Of a DNA stretch of 28,808 nucleotides, positions 26,635-28,808 are shown piece by piece. The position numbers were made by a program, and so were the translations under genes. The notes beneath the pieces are model-generated. The model ran no database searches. It was not told the DNA's origin and worked only from the letters and a program-made list of their open reading frames with translations. Each line of letters begins with the position of its first letter. Position 1 is the first letter of the stretch. This stretch comes from a virus (lineage: Duplodnaviria > Caudoviricetes), in the IMG/VR virus record IMGVR_UViG_3300020042_004808, positions 1 through 28,808 of that record. The stretch is one strand, 5' to 3'.

Positions 26635-27747
26635 TTAATTATTACTTTGATTACCAAATACATCCCATCCTTCAGGCGTTTCCCTTGCAAATAATTCAAT
26701 TTTATTTCCGTATGTATAAATAGTTTCTATTATTTCTCTAAATACATTAGGCTTCTTTGAATGCTCTGTCCTTTCTTCGCTAACTACACTATCAAATAAT
26801 CTTTTTACATCTGGAGTACACGCTCCTTTTGTGCATACTAATAATATTTCATGGCGTACACTGTTATAATGTCCCATGTTATGTTTTATTTTATCCCAAA
26901 TAAATGTAGTCTTATATGTGAATCCCCATGCTTTAGCTACTTGTAATGCCTCTGGCAAATGTGGAGATGTACTCCATAAAAATAAAACTGCATCTTTTTC
27001 GGTAATATCTTTTATAGGCATTGCACATATATCTTCTGTGTTCATTAGTAGATAATAGTCCTGTGGCTCTGTAACATATTCTGGCATAGCATTGCCATAC
27101 TTCCAAGGTGGGTCGGCATAAATGATTCTGTATTTTTTATCCTTTATTTCTACATCTTGCTTTTCAAAAGTTTCTCGTATTTCCTTTCTTTTTAACTCTA
27201 CCTCCTCCTTCTTTATCTCCTTATATGCCTCATTGATTGACATTGTTCCAGTGTTCAACTTTTCTTTCACTTCGGCAGTAGCAGTTGCTTCAATCTTTTT
27301 TACTTTGGCTATTGTGTCGTGTGAAACATTTGCAATTTTGGCAATTTCTTGACGTGTTTCAATTGGTTTCACTTCCGCAGATATCTTCGGAAGTGAATTA
27401 CCTTTAAATTGAATGGCTTGATTTTCCTTTGCCTTTTCCTTAAATACGTCTTCAAGTTGCAAAGCCAAAACGCTTCTTTGGTAATTAGATAAATTCCTTC
27501 GCCCAAACTGGTTATGAATCATCCATTCCTTAACACGATTAATATTCTCAAACTCCTTTTCAAGTGTTTCATAATTAATATCATGTTCCTGCGCAATCCT
27601 GTATCGGTTGTGCCCGTCGATTAAAATACCATTCCATGTAATTAATGGTTCGCGTATCCCTTCTTCAAGAATATTGCGTTCAAGCTGCTTAAATTCCTCG
27701 TTTGATAATGGGGGAATAAGGCTTTCAAGTTCCTGTAATATTTTCAT
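26635..27747 (-). CDS. ParB-like N-terminal domain + HTH + MT-A70 family adenine DNA methyltransferase
   Basis: IPPLS.EEF..L, LIDGHNRY, NQFGRRNL; IIYADPPWKY, LFLW, WGFTYKT, HSKKP, IELFAR, GWDVFGNQ. Confidence 0.92.
   Translation of the reverse strand: MKILQELESLIPPLSNEEFKQLERNILEEGIREPLITWNGILIDGHNRYRIAQEHDINYETLEKEFENINRVKEWMIHNQFGRRNLSNYQRSVLALQLEDVFKEKAKENQAIQFKGNSLPKISAEVKPIETRQEIAKIANVSHDTIAKVKKIEATATAEVKEKLNTGTMSINEAYKEIKKEEVELKRKEIRETFEKQDVEIKDKKYRIIYADPPWKYGNAMPEYVTEPQDYYLLMNTEDICAMPIKDITEKDAVLFLWSTSPHLPEALQVAKAWGFTYKTTFIWDKIKHNMGHYNSVRHEILLVCTKGACTPDVKRLFDSVVSEERTEHSKKPNVFREIIETIYTYGNKIELFARETPEGWDVFGNQSNN
27368..27397. repeat. 30-bp palindrome inside the ParB-MTase gene
   Basis: TTCACTTCCGCAGATATCTTCGGAAGTGAA, 14 of 15 pairs complementary. 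Confidence 0.8.
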
Positions 27748-27760
27748 AGTAATTTTTTAC

Positions 27761-27865
27761 AAAAAAAAAGCCCAGCAGGTGGAGACTACTGGGCAGGTGA
27801 AACAAAGATTTGTTCCAATTTCCTTTGCATGGTCTCCACTCCGTGCAAAAGAATACACAAATATA
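27761..27865 (-). promoter_or_regulatory. Promoter plus structured leader RNA/attenuator upstream of the MTase
   Basis: TATATTTG (27865-58); hairpin TTTGCA..GTGGAGAC..TGCAAA; terminator GCCCAG..GTCTCCAC..CTGGGC-U9. Confidence 0.7.
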
Positions 27866-27873
27866 AACTATTT

Positions 27874-28107
27874 TTAATTCTTTTCCGAAATTTGTTTTAC
27901 CTCATTTCTATCCTCTATAAATCCACTGCCATGACTCCCTCCCACTATCTTTAGATACTGGTTCTCAACGCTGGCACTGTTTATAATCACCTGGGCAACA
28001 TCTGCCACAACCTTGGCTTTGGCAATGTCGTAGGTGGATTCTGGATCGGTTAGTTCTTCAAGTACACTGAACAGGTGGTTGCGTAAATCGCTGATTTTGT
28101 TTTTCAT
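27874..28107 (-). CDS. Small hypothetical protein following the HNH gene
   Basis: MKNKISDLRNHLF..LE.L...AK.VA.VA..IINSA pattern. Confidence 0.75.
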   Translation of the reverse strand: MKNKISDLRNHLFSVLEELTDPESTYDIAKAKVVADVAQVIINSASVENQYLKIVGGSHGSGFIEDRNEVKQISEKN

Positions 28108-28741
28108 TTGCTATTCTTTTAATTTGGTTTACTAATTGCTGCACTTCTCTCAACTCTGGAGGCACACGGCTTATCCATCGGTTAAGGACTGCAAGTTCTC
28201 CGCGTGACATAAGGCAGAGGTTATCAATGTTATTATTGTCTATAATACCATCCATGCGAAAAACAACGTAGCCTTTGGGCACTGGGCCGTGGACTTGTTC
28301 CCAGGTGTGCCTACTTAAAGAAATCCATTTGCCGTGGTCAATTTTAATTTCAAGATATTGGCCTAAATGTCTGGTTGTGCCAATGGGCTTATAGTTGTAA
28401 GGAATGTTACCTTTTACAAAACTTGATTCTACTAACTTTGCTCTATGCTCTGGTGTTAACTGTCTGCCTTTGTTCCAAGGGGTAAAGCCTTTTTTAAAGC
28501 AACTGCTTCTTGAAGGTGATTTTATTCTACCTATCTCAGATACACGACGCATATTTAAAGATAAAAAACCTTTACACTTCTTTATGCCAAGTTTATTAGC
28601 ACATACACCTATAGATACAGATGTTCTGCCCATCATGATAGATAAATCTTCATTATGCATATATGGGTAATAGGTTTTTAAAAACTTTATTTCCTCATCT
28701 TTGTAACGAATCTTTACACTTTTTTGAATATCATTCCCCAT
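28058..28741 (-). CDS. HNH endonuclease-like protein with N-terminal DNA-binding repeats
   Basis: FKKGFTPWNKG, F.KG..P.N..PIG, WEQVHGPVPKGYVVFRMDG...NNNIDNL. Confidence 0.8.
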   Translation of the reverse strand: MGNDIQKSVKIRYKDEEIKFLKTYYPYMHNEDLSIMMGRTSVSIGVCANKLGIKKCKGFLSLNMRRVSEIGRIKSPSRSSCFKKGFTPWNKGRQLTPEHRAKLVESSFVKGNIPYNYKPIGTTRHLGQYLEIKIDHGKWISLSRHTWEQVHGPVPKGYVVFRMDGIIDNNNIDNLCLMSRGELAVLNRWISRVPPELREVQQLVNQIKRIANEKQNQRFTQPPVQCT

Positions 28742-28806
28742 GATGTTACAGATTTTTCATCGCAATGAAATTTAAAATTATATTGCTCGAACATTGATAT
28801 CCATTC
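28714..28806 (-). CDS. 3' end of an upstream gene truncated by the window
   Basis: Open frame EWISMFEQYNFKFHCDEKSVTSWGMIFKKV* overlapping the HNH start. Confidence 0.4.
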   Translation of the reverse strand, partial: EWISMFEQYNFKFHCDEKSVTSWGMIFKKV

Positions 28807-28808
28807 CT

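Noticed and set aside
26634-26699. N-terminal extension of ORF 26118-26699
   Set aside because: Overlaps the MTase 3' end; ATG 26633 directly after the MTase stop is the more plausible start
18329-28670. Short plus-strand ORFs within the minus-strand arm
   Set aside because: They lie wholly or largely antisense to well-supported genes or regulatory elements and show no recognisable motifs
1-28808. Alternative genetic code, tRNA genes, integrase/att sites
   Set aside because: Genes are intact and tightly packed under code 11; no tRNA cloverleaf or integrase recognised, so temperate versus lytic lifestyle cannot be decided here

Overview
This 28.8 kb AT-rich window is part of a tailed dsDNA phage or prophage (HK97-fold capsid, siphovirus-type tail). 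The host is most likely Bacteroidota, based on TAnnTTTG promoter motifs, A-rich translation starts without Shine-Dalgarno sequences and signal-peptide-like segments ending in A|Q. The + strand (1-16828) carries late genes: capsid 3' end, head-tail connector, head-closure protein, glycosyltransferase, tail completion and tube proteins, frameshifted tail chaperones, tape measure, tail tip, fibre, holin, metallophosphoesterase and amidase endolysin. The - strand (16884-28808) carries early/middle genes: RuvC-like resolvase, membrane protein, dcd, DUF5664, thyX, PD-(D/E)XK exonuclease, PAPS-reductase-family protein, replication initiator with iterons, ParB/MT-A70 methyltransferase plus putative nuclease, and an HNH protein. 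Four observations stand out. (1) The head-closure protein is fused to a 20-aa-repeat Ser/Thr/Ala stalk and a terminal globular domain, and lies next to a glycosyltransferase (possible glycosylated neck fibre). (2) The tail-fibre-like protein has a Sec-type signal segment. (3) The ParB-MT-A70/nuclease cassette has its own promoter, a leader RNA that could act as a loop-loop attenuator, and a 30-bp palindrome inside the gene. (4) Two promoter regions share a 17-bp operator-like palindrome. All protein calls come from motifs and synteny read by eye; no searches were run.
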